DNA of 64,000 nucleotides, from the NCBI GenBank assembly GCA_965214975.1, contig OZ244055.1, positions 523,314-587,313 on the forward strand, given 5' to 3'. Below are positions 50,680-61,325 of the stretch, piece by piece. Within the stretch, counting starts at the first letter, position 1, and each line of letters opens with the position of its first letter. This DNA is from Alphaproteobacteria bacterium. GTDB taxonomy: Bacteria > Pseudomonadota > Alphaproteobacteria > MPNO01 > UBA830. The notes under the pieces are model-generated. The model ran no database searches, had not been told where the DNA came from, and was given only the letters and a program-made list of their open reading frames with translations. The position numbers were made by a program, and so were the translations under genes.

Positions 50680-52046
50680 GCTCTCCGCCATTTCGTGCCC
50701 TCCGTGCCGTCCTCGAGCGCGACGCCCCGGGCCGCCAGCGCGTCGCGGATGCGGTCCGCCTCGTCGAACCGCTTTTCCGCCCGTGCCCGCGCGCGGGCCG
50801 CCAGCATCTCCCCGATCTCCGCGGCGTCCCCGGCGTCCTCGCCGGCGAACCAGCGTTCGCAGTCCTGCCGGAGGATGCCGAGAAGCTCTCCGGAAGCCAG
50901 AAGCGCGCCCTTGAGCCGCCACCGTTCGGACGGCTCCGCGGTTCCGGCGGCCTGCCGGCCGATCCGGAACAGTTCCGCCATCGCCTTCGGCGTGTTGAGA
51001 TCGTCGCAGAGCGCCGCGACGAACGCCTCGTCGGGCGCGGCGCCGTCCGGAACCTCGACGTCGGCCAGCGTCCGGAGCGCGCCGTAGAGCCGGTCGAGCA
51101 TGCTTCGCGCCTGGGCGAGGCCGCCGTCGCTCCAGTCCAGGGGCCGGCGGTACTGGGCGTTGAGAAGCGCGAGCCGCACGGCCTCGCCCGGCGCCGCCTC
51201 CAGCAGTTCGCGGAGCGTGACGACATTGCCGGTCGACTTCGACATCTTCTCGCGGTCGACGTTGACGAAGCCGTTGTGAAGCCAGAAACGCGCGAGCGGC
51301 CGTCCGCCGTGCGCGCAGGCGGACTGCGCGATCTCGTTCTCGTGATGGGGGAACACCAGATCGCTGCCGCCGCCGTGGATGTCGATCGTCCGGCCGAGAT
51401 GCTTCCCGATCATGGCCGAGCATTCGAGATGCCATCCCGGCCGGCCGCGCCCCCACGGGCTGTCCCAGCCCGGCTGGCCGTCCCCCGACGGTTTCCACAG
51501 CACGAAATCGGCCGGATCGCGCTTGTAGGGCGCGATCTCGACGCGGGCCCCGGCCAGCATCTCGTCGCGGTTGGACCGGGAAAGCCCGCCGTAGCCCGGG
51601 AAGCCCGGCACGTGGAACAGCACGTGGCCCTCGGCCTCGTAGGCGAAGCCGCCGGCGAGCAGCGTCCCGGCCATGGCGATCATCTCGGGGACGTGCTCGG
51701 TGGCGTGCGGCTCGACGTCGGGTTCGGCCACGCCGAGCGCGGCCATGTCCTCGCGGTAGATTTCCGCGAACGTCGCGGCGACGCTCTCGGGCGTGCGCCC
51801 GTCCTCGCGCGCCGCCGCGATGATCTTGTCGTCGATGTCGGTGACGTTGCGGGCGTAGACGACGTTCGGCCACCGCAGGCGCAGGAGCCGAACCAGCACG
51901 TCGAACACGACCGCCGGGCGGGCGTTGCCGATGTGCGCGTAGGAATAGACCGTGGGGCCGCACAGGTAGACTGTCACCCGATCCGGATCGGCCGGGCTGA
52001 ACGCCTCCTTGCGGCGCGTCAGCGTGTTGAACAGATGCGGCGTCAT
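50676..52046 (-). CDS. cysS: Cysteine--tRNA ligase
   Basis: CGPTVY..HIGN, TDIDDKI, GRPGWHLECS, HGGGSDLVFPHHENE and KMSKS. Confidence 0.97.
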   Translation of the reverse strand: MTPHLFNTLTRRKEAFSPADPDRVTVYLCGPTVYSYAHIGNARPAVVFDVLVRLLRLRWPNVVYARNVTDIDDKIIAAAREDGRTPESVAATFAEIYREDMAALGVAEPDVEPHATEHVPEMIAMAGTLLAGGFAYEAEGHVLFHVPGFPGYGGLSRSNRDEMLAGARVEIAPYKRDPADFVLWKPSGDGQPGWDSPWGRGRPGWHLECSAMIGKHLGRTIDIHGGGSDLVFPHHENEIAQSACAHGGRPLARFWLHNGFVNVDREKMSKSTGNVVTLRELLEAAPGEAVRLALLNAQYRRPLDWSDGGLAQARSMLDRLYGALRTLADVEVPDGAAPDEAFVAALCDDLNTPKAMAELFRIGRQAAGTAEPSERWRLKGALLASGELLGILRQDCERWFAGEDAGDAAEIGEMLAARARARAEKRFDEADRIRDALAARGVALEDGTEGTKWRRA

Positions 52047-52488
52047 GACCGGGCGGCGCGGATCCCGGAGCCGTTTTCCGCGCCCCTGCCGGGGGAGGGG
52101 TCTGCCATGGCGACGCTCCGGGCGCCGGAACCCATCCGCCCGACGCACCCTTCGGGGAGGAGGTCGCGGATCCCGGCCTTCGCCAGCCGCCGCACCGCGC
52201 CGTCGTCCCGGAGCGGCCCGCGACGCGACGTCGCCGCCAGGTGCCGGTGTTCAGGGACCAGGATCCGTCTCCCAGCCGGACGGCCGGTCTCGCCGCCCGG
52301 CCCGGCGGGCCGGGAACGCCCCGCATGGCACCGCACGCCGCCTCATGCCCGGTCTTCCGCCCGAGGTCGTGATCGTATCCGACATCCGGGTCGTCGACAA
52401 GCCCCCGGGAACTGCCGCGGACGGCGGGACGCGGTTGCACGGCGACATGCGCCGCGTCGAAGCCCTCCGCGTCGCCGCGCCCGCCGCT

Positions 52489-53481
52489 TCAGTCCGCGAG
52501 CCACTCCCCCTTGCCGCGGCTTTCGAGCATCACGTCCGCGAACAGGTCGTCCACCGGAATCGGGGCCGAGATCAGCCCGCCCTGGTGCGAGTAGCCGATC
52601 AGGGTCTCGAGGTTCCTGCGGTTGGCCTCGCCGAGGCCGTATTCCCAGGGGTCCGGCCCCAGGAGCTCGCGCTGGGCCTCCCACTCGTCCATGAACCAGG
52701 CCAGCGGCACCGTGCGCGGATTGGCGAGCCGGCGATAGGCCTCGGCCTTGGCGGCGTCGAAGGCGCGCGCGAGATTGGTCGCGACCCACGGATGCTCCTC
52801 CAGGATCTCCTTGCGGATCGCGGTGACGTGCATGATCGGGAAGATGCCGGTCCGCGCGAAATACGCCCTTTCCTCCGCGCGGTGGTTCCGGAACAGGCGC
52901 GCGACCCGCGGATCCCCGCGCAGCACCGGGGCGATGATGTCGGGGTGGAGAGCGGCGTCGAGGTCGCCTTCGGCCAGCATCTCGGCAACGTCCGACCCCG
53001 CCGGCGCACGCGACAGGCGGATCCCCGGCGGCGTCTCGAAGGCGATGTCCTCGTCGAGCTCCGTCACCCACTCGATGGACGACAGGTCGACGCCGTGCTC
53101 GTTCGCCAGCAGCCCGCGCAGGTAGAGCGTCGCCGTCGTCTGGTAGGTCTTGAGTCCGACCCGCCGGCCTTCGAGATCCCCCGGCGCGGCGATCCCGCTC
53201 GCGGCGTTGACGTAGACGAAGCCGTGGCGGAAGCGCCGGTGCAGGAACACCGGGATCGCGGAAAACGGCAGCCCGCGGTCCCTGGCCATCAGGTAGGAGG
53301 AGCCGGAAAGCTCGCAGACGTCGAATTCCCGGCCGCGGATCATGCGCCAGTGCCGTGTCGACGAATCCATGCCGGTGAGCACGTTGAGCGAGATGCCGTC
53401 GGCCTCGACCGCGCCCTCCTTGAGGGCGCGGACGATCTCGTAGTCGCCGCAGGCGAGCGTCAGCTCGAGGCGGCGGGCCAT
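52489..53481 (-). CDS. 4,5-dihydroxyphthalate-decarboxylase-like / periplasmic-binding-fold protein
   Basis: LTLACGDY, FDVCELS..Y, PVF..RRFRH, YQTTA and TGIFPIMH; no signal peptide. Confidence 0.75.
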   Translation of the reverse strand: MARRLELTLACGDYEIVRALKEGAVEADGISLNVLTGMDSSTRHWRMIRGREFDVCELSGSSYLMARDRGLPFSAIPVFLHRRFRHGFVYVNAASGIAAPGDLEGRRVGLKTYQTTATLYLRGLLANEHGVDLSSIEWVTELDEDIAFETPPGIRLSRAPAGSDVAEMLAEGDLDAALHPDIIAPVLRGDPRVARLFRNHRAEERAYFARTGIFPIMHVTAIRKEILEEHPWVATNLARAFDAAKAEAYRRLANPRTVPLAWFMDEWEAQRELLGPDPWEYGLGEANRRNLETLIGYSHQGGLISAPIPVDDLFADVMLESRGKGEWLAD

Positions 53482-53485
53482 GCCG

Positions 53486-54046
53486 TCACTTCACCGCCGC
53501 GTCCGGACGCGGGGCCGTTTTCCGGCCCCGCAGCTCGGCGTCGGGATTGTCCTTTCGCTGCAGCCGCGCCAGCGCGGGGTCGGCGTAGCGCGGACGGTCG
53601 GGTTTCGGGTCGCCGAGCATCACCTGGAAGAAGCAGGCCTCGTCGCTGTCGTTGCGGACGCAGTGCGCCTGGCCCGGCGGATTGTAGATCATGTCCCACG
53701 GCCCGAGCCGGCGCGTCACGGTCTCGCCGTTCTCCTCCCAGACGATGGTGGGGGTGCCCTCGAGCACGAAGAACACCTCCTCCTCGTGCGGATGGCGGTG
53801 CATCGGCTGGGCGTGGCCCGCCGGCATCTCGAGGACGGTGAGCGTGAAGCTCCGGCCCATCAGCGCCCCGGGGTCGTCGTGGCTGACGTTGCCGCTGGTT
53901 CCCAGGTAGCGGCGCTGGGAGCGCGCGAATCTCTTGTCGACCCGGGTCTCGAACCCCCACACCCGCCAGCTCGGCTCGCGCGTCGCGAAGGTCTTGCAGT
54001 GCCGGTCGAGCGCGTTCTCCAGAGCGCCCGCGGTCGCTGTGTCCAT
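53486..54046 (-). CDS. Cupin-domain protein
   Basis: PMHRHPHEEEVFFVLEG..PPGQAHCVRN; GGAGG before the ATG. Confidence 0.85.
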   Translation of the reverse strand: MDTATAGALENALDRHCKTFATREPSWRVWGFETRVDKRFARSQRRYLGTSGNVSHDDPGALMGRSFTLTVLEMPAGHAQPMHRHPHEEEVFFVLEGTPTIVWEENGETVTRRLGPWDMIYNPPGQAHCVRNDSDEACFFQVMLGDPKPDRPRYADPALARLQRKDNPDAELRGRKTAPRPDAAVK

Positions 54047-54056
54047 CGTTCCTCCC

Positions 54057-54752
54057 CTATCCGGCGGCGTCCGCCCGGGCGCCGGCGAGATGCGCGACGA
54101 CGTCGGCGAGCGCCATGACGTCGGCGTATTTGTGATGCATGTCGAACAGGTTGACCTTGTGCGAGAGCTCCGAACGGTCGAACACGCATTCCTCCACGAG
54201 GACGACATGGTAGCCGTTGGAATAGGCGTCCACCACCGACGCCCGCACGCAGCCCGACGTGCTCTCGCCGCACACGATGAGGCTGGAGACGCCCGCCCGG
54301 GTCAGGTGCGCCGTCAGCGGCGTCGAGTGGAAGGCGCTGGCGCGCTCCTTGCGGATCACGGTCTCTCCGGGTTCGGGCGCGAACGCGGGATGGATGTCCA
54401 GCAGCCCGTCGGCGGCCGCGTCTCCGCCGCGGCGCAGCGTCGACGCCGGGCGCCCCTTGCGCGTCGATCCGGTGACGTGAAACACCGGAAGCCCGGCCTC
54501 CCGGCAGGCGGCGAAGAGCTCCCGGGTCGGCGGGACCGCGTCCCAGGCGAACCTGCCGCAGCTGTTCGGGAACTCGTCGGCGAGCTCGTGCGGAAGCTTC
54601 CGCGGATCTCCGCGGTAGACCGAATTGTACAGATCCACGGCCAGCAGCGCGGGCCGCGGCCCCACGAAAACCTCGCGCCGGTAGGGTTCGTAGACCTTCA
54701 GCGTCTCGGCCGGCACGACGTCGCGCCAGCAGTGGTCCTCGAAGTCGCGCAT
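54057..54752 (-). CDS. Isochorismatase-family cysteine hydrolase
   Basis: PALLAVD, IRKERASAF and CGESTSGCVRASVVDA. Confidence 0.9.
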   Translation of the reverse strand: MRDFEDHCWRDVVPAETLKVYEPYRREVFVGPRPALLAVDLYNSVYRGDPRKLPHELADEFPNSCGRFAWDAVPPTRELFAACREAGLPVFHVTGSTRKGRPASTLRRGGDAAADGLLDIHPAFAPEPGETVIRKERASAFHSTPLTAHLTRAGVSSLIVCGESTSGCVRASVVDAYSNGYHVVLVEECVFDRSELSHKVNLFDMHHKYADVMALADVVAHLAGARADAAG

Positions 54753-54998
54753 CAGGATCCGCCTCCCGCGCGGACGCCCGCCAGCATAGGCCGTCCGTCC
54801 GCCTGCGGCAAACCGGCGCGCGGCCGGCACGGGATCCCTTCCCGTCGCGACCTGGTGCCGGCAGCGGGCGGCGGCCGGAAAAGGCCCCCTGGCGGCTTGC
54901 ATCGCGGGCGACCCGGTGCCACATATCGCCCCACGGATGCGGTTTCCCGGCGGGCGGTCCGGCGGCGCGGCGAACCCCCGGCACGGGACGGCGATGGC

Positions 54999-55895
54999 AT
55001 GACCGGCAGGATACGGAAGGCGATCTTTCCCGTCGCGGGTCTCGGCACCCGGTTCCTGCCGGCGACCAAGACGGTTCCCAAGGAGATGCTGCCCGTCGTC
55101 GACCGGCCGCTCCTCCAGTACGCGGTCGACGAGGCGCTCGCGTCCGGGATCGAGGAGATCGTCATGGTCACCGGCCGCCACAAGGCCGCCATCGAGGACT
55201 ACTTCGATTTCCAGCCCGAACTCGAGGAGACGCTCGAGAGCCGCGGCAAGGACGCCGAGCTCGCTCTCGTCCGCGGCGTCGTGCCCGAGGCCGGCCGCGT
55301 CGCGTTCGTCCGCCAGCAGCGGGCGCTCGGCCTCGGCCACGCGGTGTGGTGCGCGCGCCGCTTCGTCGGCGACGAGCCGTTCGCGGTCCTGCTTCCCGAC
55401 GATCTCGTCATGAGCGACGTGCCCTGCCTGAAGCAGGTGATCGACGCCGCCGAGGAGACCGGCGGCAACGTCGTCGCCGTCGAGGACGTGCCGCGCGAGC
55501 GGACGTCGAGCTACGGCATCGTCGATCCCGGCGCCGACGACGGGCGCCTCGCGGAGGTCAGGGGCCTGGTCGAGAAACCGCCGCCCGCCGAGGCGCCCTC
55601 GACGCTCGGCGTCATCGGCCGCTACGCGCTCCGCCCCGGGATCTTCCGCCTTCTCGGCGGGACGCGGGCGGGGGCGGGCGGCGAGATCCAGCTGACCGAC
55701 GCGCTGGCGGCCTCCATCGGATCCGCGCCGTTCCACGGCCTCCGTTTCGAGGGCCGGCGCTTCGACTGCGGCGACCGGGCGGGGTTTCTCGAGGCCAACG
55801 TCGCCCATGCGCTCCGGCGCGACGACCCCGCCGGCTCGGTCGGAGCCATGCTCCGGGCCCATGCCGGCGCGTCCCGGGCTTCCGGGAGCGGCTGA
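54999..55895 (+). CDS. galU: UTP--glucose-1-phosphate uridylyltransferase
   Basis: KAIFPVAGLGTRFLPATK..PKEMLP, VEKP and GEIQLTDA. Confidence 0.96.
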   Translation: MTGRIRKAIFPVAGLGTRFLPATKTVPKEMLPVVDRPLLQYAVDEALASGIEEIVMVTGRHKAAIEDYFDFQPELEETLESRGKDAELALVRGVVPEAGRVAFVRQQRALGLGHAVWCARRFVGDEPFAVLLPDDLVMSDVPCLKQVIDAAEETGGNVVAVEDVPRERTSSYGIVDPGADDGRLAEVRGLVEKPPPAEAPSTLGVIGRYALRPGIFRLLGGTRAGAGGEIQLTDALAASIGSAPFHGLRFEGRRFDCGDRAGFLEANVAHALRRDDPAGSVGAMLRAHAGASRASGSG

Positions 55896-57224
55896 TGCGC
55901 GTGGCCATGATCGGGGCCGGCTACGTCGGCCTGGTCTCCGGAGCGTGCATGTCGGAATTCGGCATGGATGTGGTCTGCGTCGACCGCGACGCCGAGCGGA
56001 TCGCGCGGCTCGCGGACGGCGAGCTGCCGATCCACGAGCCCGGGCCTGCAGGATCTCGTCGCCGACAACGCGGGATCCGGGCGGCTGTCCTTCTCGGTCG
56101 ATCTCGCGTCCGCGGTCGCGTCCGCCGACGCCGTGTTCATCGCCGTCGGGACGCCGAGCCGCCGCGGCGACGGGCATGCCGATCTCACCCACATCCACGC
56201 CGCCGCGAGGGACGTTGCGAAGGCGCTCGACGGCTACACGGTGGTGGTTGCCAAGTCCACGGTTCCGGTGGGCACCAGCCGGCGCGTTTCCGGGCTCATC
56301 TCCGAGATCCGGCCGGACGCCGATTTCGACGTCGCCGCCAATCCCGAGTTCCTGCGCGAGGGGTCGGCGATCGAGGATTTCATGCATCCCGACCGCATCG
56401 TCATCGGCACCGGGTCGGAGCGGGCGCGCGAGCTGCTCCGCCGCATCTACCGCCCGCTCTTTCTTCTCGAGACCCCCATCCTGTTCACCAGCCTGGAGGA
56501 CGCCGAACTGATCAAGTACGCGTCCAACAGCTTCCTCGCCGCCAAGATCACCTTCATCAACGAGATCGCGGATCTCTGCGAGAGGATCGGCACCGACGTC
56601 CAGACGGTGGCCCGCGGGATGGGCCTCGACCGCAGGATCGGCGGCAAGTTCCTGCACGCCGGCCCCGGCTACGGCGGCTCGTGCTTTCCCAAGGACACGC
56701 TCGCGCTGGCCCGCACCGCCCGCGAGGCGGGGGCGCCCGTGCGGCTCGTCGAGACCGTCGTCGAGATCAACGACCGTCGCAAGGCGGGGATGGCCGGCCG
56801 CGTCGTGGAGGCCTGCGGCGGCTCGGTGGACGGCTGCGCGATCGCGGTCCTGGGCCTGACGTTCAAGCCGAACACCGACGACGTCCGCAACAGCGTCGGG
56901 CTCGAGCTCGTTCCGGCCCTCCAGAAGGCGGGCGCGCGGGTGCGCGCCTACGACCCGGAAGGCGCCGAGGAGGCGCGCGGGCGCCTGCCCGGCGTCGAGC
57001 TCTGCGCCGACGCCTACGACGCCATGACCGGCGCCGCCGCGCTCGTCATCGTCACCGAATGGAACGAGTTCCGCCTGCTCGATCTCGCCCGCGTGCGCGC
57101 GGCGCTGGCGCGGCCCGTGGTCGTGGATCTCCGGAACATCTACGAGCCCGACGAGATGCGGGCCGCCGGGCTCGCCTATCTCAGCATCGGGCGGGCGCCG
57201 GTTCCGGAAGAAGACGGGCCGTGA
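55895..57224 (+). CDS. ugd: UDP-glucose 6-dehydrogenase, apparent +1 frameshift at ~56040-56045
   Basis: GAGYVGL..PIHEPG in one frame; LQDLV..VGTP..KSTVPVG..NPEFLREG..GGSCFPKD..FKPNTDD in the next. Confidence 0.9.
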
Positions 57225-58603
57225 CCGGGCCGCACCGCTTCGATCCCACGATCCTGCGGGAATACGACATACGGGGCGTGATCGGCGAGACGCTGTCGGC
57301 GGCGGACGCCTACGCCGTCGGCCGCGGGTTCGGAACCGTGGTCGTCCGGGAGGGCGGCGCGGCCGTCTGCGTCGGCCGCGACGGCCGGCTCACCTCGCCG
57401 GAACTCGAGGCCGGGCTCGCGCGCGGCCTCCTCGACAGCGGCGCCGACGTCGTGGGCGTCGGGCTCTGCCCGACGCCGATGCTGTACTACGCGGTGAAGG
57501 TCACGGGCTCGGCCGGCGGCGTCATGGTCTCGGGGTCGCACAACCCGCCGGAATACAACGGGTTCAAGATGACGCTCGCCGACCGCCCGTTCCACGGCGA
57601 GGACGTGCTCGCCCTCGGAGCCCTGGCCGCCGACGGCGCCTACGCCTCGGGACGGGGAAGCCGCCGCGACGAGGAGCTGCTCGAGCGCTACGTCGACCGG
57701 CTCGCCGCCGACCACGCCGGAGGGCGGCCTCTCAAGGTCGCGTGGGACGCCGGCAACGGTTCGGCGGGGGAGGCCATGACGCGGCTCGCGGCCCGGCTGC
57801 CCGGCGAGCACGTTCTGCTCAACGCGGTCGTCGACGGCACCTTTCCCGCCCATCATCCGGACCCGAGCGTGGCGGAGAACCTGGAGCAGCTGAGGGAGAC
57901 CGTGCTCTCCCGCGGGGCCGACCTCGGAATCGCGTTCGACGGCGACGGCGACCGCATCGGCGTCGTCGACGGCGCCGGCGAGATCCTGTGGGGCGACCAG
58001 CTGATGGCGTTCCTCGCCGCCGACGTTCTCGAGGCCCGTCCGGGCGCGACGGTCATCGCCGACGTCAAGGCGAGCCAGGCCCTGTTCGACCGCATCGCGG
58101 AGCTCGGCGGCAGGCCCGTGATGTGGAAGACCGGCCACTCGCTCATCAAGGCGGCCATCCCCGAGACCGGGGCGCTGCTGGCCGGGGAGATGAGCGGGCA
58201 CGTCTTCTTCGCCGACAGGTACTACGGCTACGACGACGCGCTCTACGCGGCCGTGCGCCTTCTGGGATGGCTGGCGCGCCAGCCCCGCGCGCTGGCCGAG
58301 CTCCGCGCCGGGCTGCCGGCGCTTTTCAGCACGCCGGAACTGCGGATTCCGTGCGCGGAAGAGCGCAAGTTCGAGGCCGTCGCGGAGGTCGCCGCCCGGC
58401 TCGCCCGGCGCGGCGCCGAGGTGTGCGACATCGACGGCGTGCGCGTCTCGACCGCGGACGGCTGGTGGCTCCTGCGCGCCTCCAACACCCAGGCGGTTCT
58501 GGCGGCACGCTGCGAGGCGGCGACCGCGGACGGCCTCGAGAGGCTCAAGGGGGAACTCGGCGGGCAGCTCCGGGCGGTCGGCGTCGAGCCGCCCGCGTTC
58601 TGA
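57221..58603 (+). CDS. Phosphomannomutase/phosphoglucomutase (AlgC type)
   Basis: REYDIRG, SGSHNP, FDGDGDR, GEMSGH and RASNTQ. Confidence 0.95.
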   Translation: MTGPHRFDPTILREYDIRGVIGETLSAADAYAVGRGFGTVVVREGGAAVCVGRDGRLTSPELEAGLARGLLDSGADVVGVGLCPTPMLYYAVKVTGSAGGVMVSGSHNPPEYNGFKMTLADRPFHGEDVLALGALAADGAYASGRGSRRDEELLERYVDRLAADHAGGRPLKVAWDAGNGSAGEAMTRLAARLPGEHVLLNAVVDGTFPAHHPDPSVAENLEQLRETVLSRGADLGIAFDGDGDRIGVVDGAGEILWGDQLMAFLAADVLEARPGATVIADVKASQALFDRIAELGGRPVMWKTGHSLIKAAIPETGALLAGEMSGHVFFADRYYGYDDALYAAVRLLGWLARQPRALAELRAGLPALFSTPELRIPCAEERKFEAVAEVAARLARRGAEVCDIDGVRVSTADGWWLLRASNTQAVLAARCEAATADGLERLKGELGGQLRAVGVEPPAF

Positions 58604-58608
58604 GGCGG

Positions 58609-59799
58609 CTACCGGCGCGGCCCCATCCAGATGACGAGGCAGTCGACCTTCCGGCGCTTGAGGACGCGGCAGGAATCGCGCGCCTTCGACTGCGAGGCCA
58701 TCACCAGCCGCGGCTGGTAGAGCTTGCCGCGGCGGGACCGGCTCGCGCGCGTGACGATCTTGAACTTTCCGCCGGCCAGGCTCGGCACCCTGCGCACGGC
58801 GCGGTCCAGCATCCGGCGGGCGTCGGCATAGTTGCGGAAGGCGCCGACCTGGACCGTCCAGCTCCGGATCCGGCCGGGCGCATGGGCCAGCCGGACCTTG
58901 CCGGCCGCCGCGGGCCTCCGGGGCTCCGGGAGAACCCGAGGCCTGGGCGCGGGCACCGCGGACCGGGCGCTCCGCGTGCCCGGCGGGGAGTTCGCCGCCG
59001 CCGGCCCGGCCGGGGCGAATCCCCTGTCCAGAAGGCGCGCGACGATGCGGTTGCGGCTCTTCGAGGTCCGTCCCCCGAAAACCACCGCGATCAGCCTCCT
59101 GCCGTCGCGCTCCGCGGACGCGACGAGATTGTAGCCGGAGGCGCGGATGTATCCGGTCTTGATTCCGTCGGCGCCGCGATAGCTGCCCAGAAGCCTGTTG
59201 TGGTTGCGGTAGGTCCGTCCCCGCCAGGTCCAGCTCCGCCTCGAGAAGCCGTCGTACATGTCCGGGAAGTCGCGCAGGATCCGCCGGCCGAGAGTCGCCA
59301 TGTCGCGCGCGGTGCTGAGCTGGCCCCGGTTCGGCAGCCCCGAGGCGTTGCGGAACGTCGTGCTGCGCATGCCGAGCGCGCGGGCGCGCCGGGTCATCTG
59401 CAGCGCGAACTTCCGTTCGGTGCCGCCGAGCGCCTCGGCGACCACGGTCGCGGCGTCGTTGGCGGACTTGACGACCAGCGCCGAGACGGCGTTCCGCACG
59501 GAGATCGTCTGGCCGGCCCGCAGCCCGAGCCGCGACGGCGGGCGGCTCTGCGCGCGATGGGAGACCCGCAGCTTCTGCGACGGCTTCAGCCGGCCGTCGC
59601 GCAACGCCTCGAAGGTCATGAACAGGGTCATCATCTTGGTCAGCGACGCGGGGTAGTTCCTGGTGTCGGCGTTGAGGGCGTCGAGGGTCTTCCCGGTGCC
59701 GGCGTCGATCAGGATGTGCGCGTATTTCGCGGCCGCCGGAACGGCCGCCGGGCCGAGGGCGCCGAGCGCGAGCGCCGACAGCAGCAGGAACCGGATCAT
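58609..59799 (-). CDS. D-alanyl-D-alanine carboxypeptidase (S11) with C-terminal SPOR domain
   Basis: PASLTK, SAN and KTG motifs; tail VQVGAF..A...C..LK...DC. Confidence 0.92.
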   Translation of the reverse strand: MIRFLLLSALALGALGPAAVPAAAKYAHILIDAGTGKTLDALNADTRNYPASLTKMMTLFMTFEALRDGRLKPSQKLRVSHRAQSRPPSRLGLRAGQTISVRNAVSALVVKSANDAATVVAEALGGTERKFALQMTRRARALGMRSTTFRNASGLPNRGQLSTARDMATLGRRILRDFPDMYDGFSRRSWTWRGRTYRNHNRLLGSYRGADGIKTGYIRASGYNLVASAERDGRRLIAVVFGGRTSKSRNRIVARLLDRGFAPAGPAAANSPPGTRSARSAVPAPRPRVLPEPRRPAAAGKVRLAHAPGRIRSWTVQVGAFRNYADARRMLDRAVRRVPSLAGGKFKIVTRASRSRRGKLYQPRLVMASQSKARDSCRVLKRRKVDCLVIWMGPRR

Positions 59800-59918
59800 T
59801 CCCCTCTCCCGGACCCGGCGGCGTCCGCGCGGGCGGAGCGCCGCGGGACCGTCGGGCCGGGAACGCTCCATGTGTAGCGCAGACGGCCGCGAATCCGGAG
59901 TCCGCGCCGTCCCCGGGG

Positions 59919-61325
59919 TCAGTCGCCGGGGAGGAACTCGTCGAGATCGACGGCGTCGAAATTGCGGGGGATCGCGCGCTGGAAGCGGGCGCGTTCCCCG
60001 ACCTGGGAGACCGCGGGCATGGTCGCGTCGATCATCCACTTGGTGCCGAGGCGGTGGAAGCTGCCCTGGCCCGGCACCACCGGCGAGACGTTGTCGAGCG
60101 CGAACACGCGGGTGTTCGGGATCATGATCATGTCCCGCTCGGCGTGCACGCGGGTCGTCATCGACCACATGACCTGGCGCAGGTCGCCGGCGTCGATGTC
60201 CTCGTCGACCGCGACCGCCATCTTGGGGTGCAGGTACGGGCCCGACAGCGCGGCCATGAGCGCGGTCTTGGCCTGGCCCTCGACGCGGGGGCGGAGCTTG
60301 ACGACCAGCATCATCATGCCCGCCGCGGGATGGCAGCGGACGTCGAGCAGGTCGAGGCCGCCCTCGACGTTGCGGAGATGGTCCCGGGTCGCGACCTCGA
60401 CGCCGAGCGCCATCGTCCCCTGGGTGTCGGTGGTCGGATAGCCGCAGTGGACGGCGTGGAAGACCGGATCCCGGCGCCGCGTCATGCAGTTCACGCGGAA
60501 CACCTGCGAGGTTGTCGCCTCGGCGTAGGTTCCCGGAATCTCGCCGAACGGGCCCTCGGGCGACTCGCGGTCGCGGAGGATCTCGCCCTCGAGAACCAGC
60601 TCGGCCTCGGCCGGCACCTCGAGGTCGACGGTCCTGCAGCGGACCATGCGCACCCCCTCGCCCATCAGCGCGCCGGCGATCTCGATCTCGTCGCGGTCGA
60701 AGCCGGTGGTGAAGCCGGCGGCGAAGAACAGCGCCGGATGACCGCCGTAGACCATCGCCACCGGCATGTCGCGCCCCTCCGCCGCGTAGCGGTCGTAGAT
60801 CCGCCGGGCCTGCCGGGGCACCATGATGAATCCGGTCTCCCGCCCGTCGAGCACCATCTGCCGGTGGACGGAGACGTTGCGGATCCCGGTCTCGGGATCC
60901 TTGACGACGGCCATGCCCGAGGCCAGGTAGCGGCCGCCGTCGCGTTCGGACGTCATCATCGCGGGGATCTCGCGGATGTCCACGTCGTCGCCCTCGACGA
61001 CGACCTCCTGGACCGGGGCGTCGCCGGAGACCGCGACGGCGGGAACCGGATTGCGGAGCCGCCCGGCCACCTCCTCGAGGATGCCGTTCTCGTCGACGCC
61101 GAGCCCGATCGCCCATTTCCTGCGGTCGGCGAGAATCTCGCTTGCCGCGCGCCAGCCCTCGTGTCCCTTGAGGGAGGTGAACAGGCTCGCCTTGCCGAGC
61201 TCGTTGAACGCCTTCCACTCGATCGCGGCCATGTTGGCCGCCGGATCCACCTCGCGCGAGAAGCGGATCAGCTCGCCCCGCTGCTCGAGATTGGCGAGGA
61301 AGGTGCGGAGAGACTGGTCAGGCAT
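59919..61325 (-). CDS. UbiD-family (prFMN-dependent) decarboxylase
   Basis: DGGRY, RNVSVHR, VPAEAELVLEG, EGPFGE..Y, VDEDID..V.W and KWMIDAT. Confidence 0.92.
   Translation of the reverse strand: MPDQSLRTFLANLEQRGELIRFSREVDPAANMAAIEWKAFNELGKASLFTSLKGHEGWRAASEILADRRKWAIGLGVDENGILEEVAGRLRNPVPAVAVSGDAPVQEVVVEGDDVDIREIPAMMTSERDGGRYLASGMAVVKDPETGIRNVSVHRQMVLDGRETGFIMVPRQARRIYDRYAAEGRDMPVAMVYGGHPALFFAAGFTTGFDRDEIEIAGALMGEGVRMVRCRTVDLEVPAEAELVLEGEILRDRESPEGPFGEIPGTYAEATTSQVFRVNCMTRRRDPVFHAVHCGYPTTDTQGTMALGVEVATRDHLRNVEGGLDLLDVRCHPAAGMMMLVVKLRPRVEGQAKTALMAALSGPYLHPKMAVAVDEDIDAGDLRQVMWSMTTRVHAERDMIMIPNTRVFALDNVSPVVPGQGSFHRLGTKWMIDATMPAVSQVGERARFQRAIPRNFDAVDLDEFLPGD

Noticed and set aside
52050-52488. 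Possible degenerate transposase scraps between cysS and the decarboxylase-like gene
   Set aside because: Only faint peptide resemblance and no terminal repeats; cannot be supported without BLASTX.
55346-58603. Apparent 1085-aa Ugd-PGM fusion
   Set aside because: Artefact of the ugd frameshift; the middle part is out-of-frame sequence and pgm has its own GTG at 57221.
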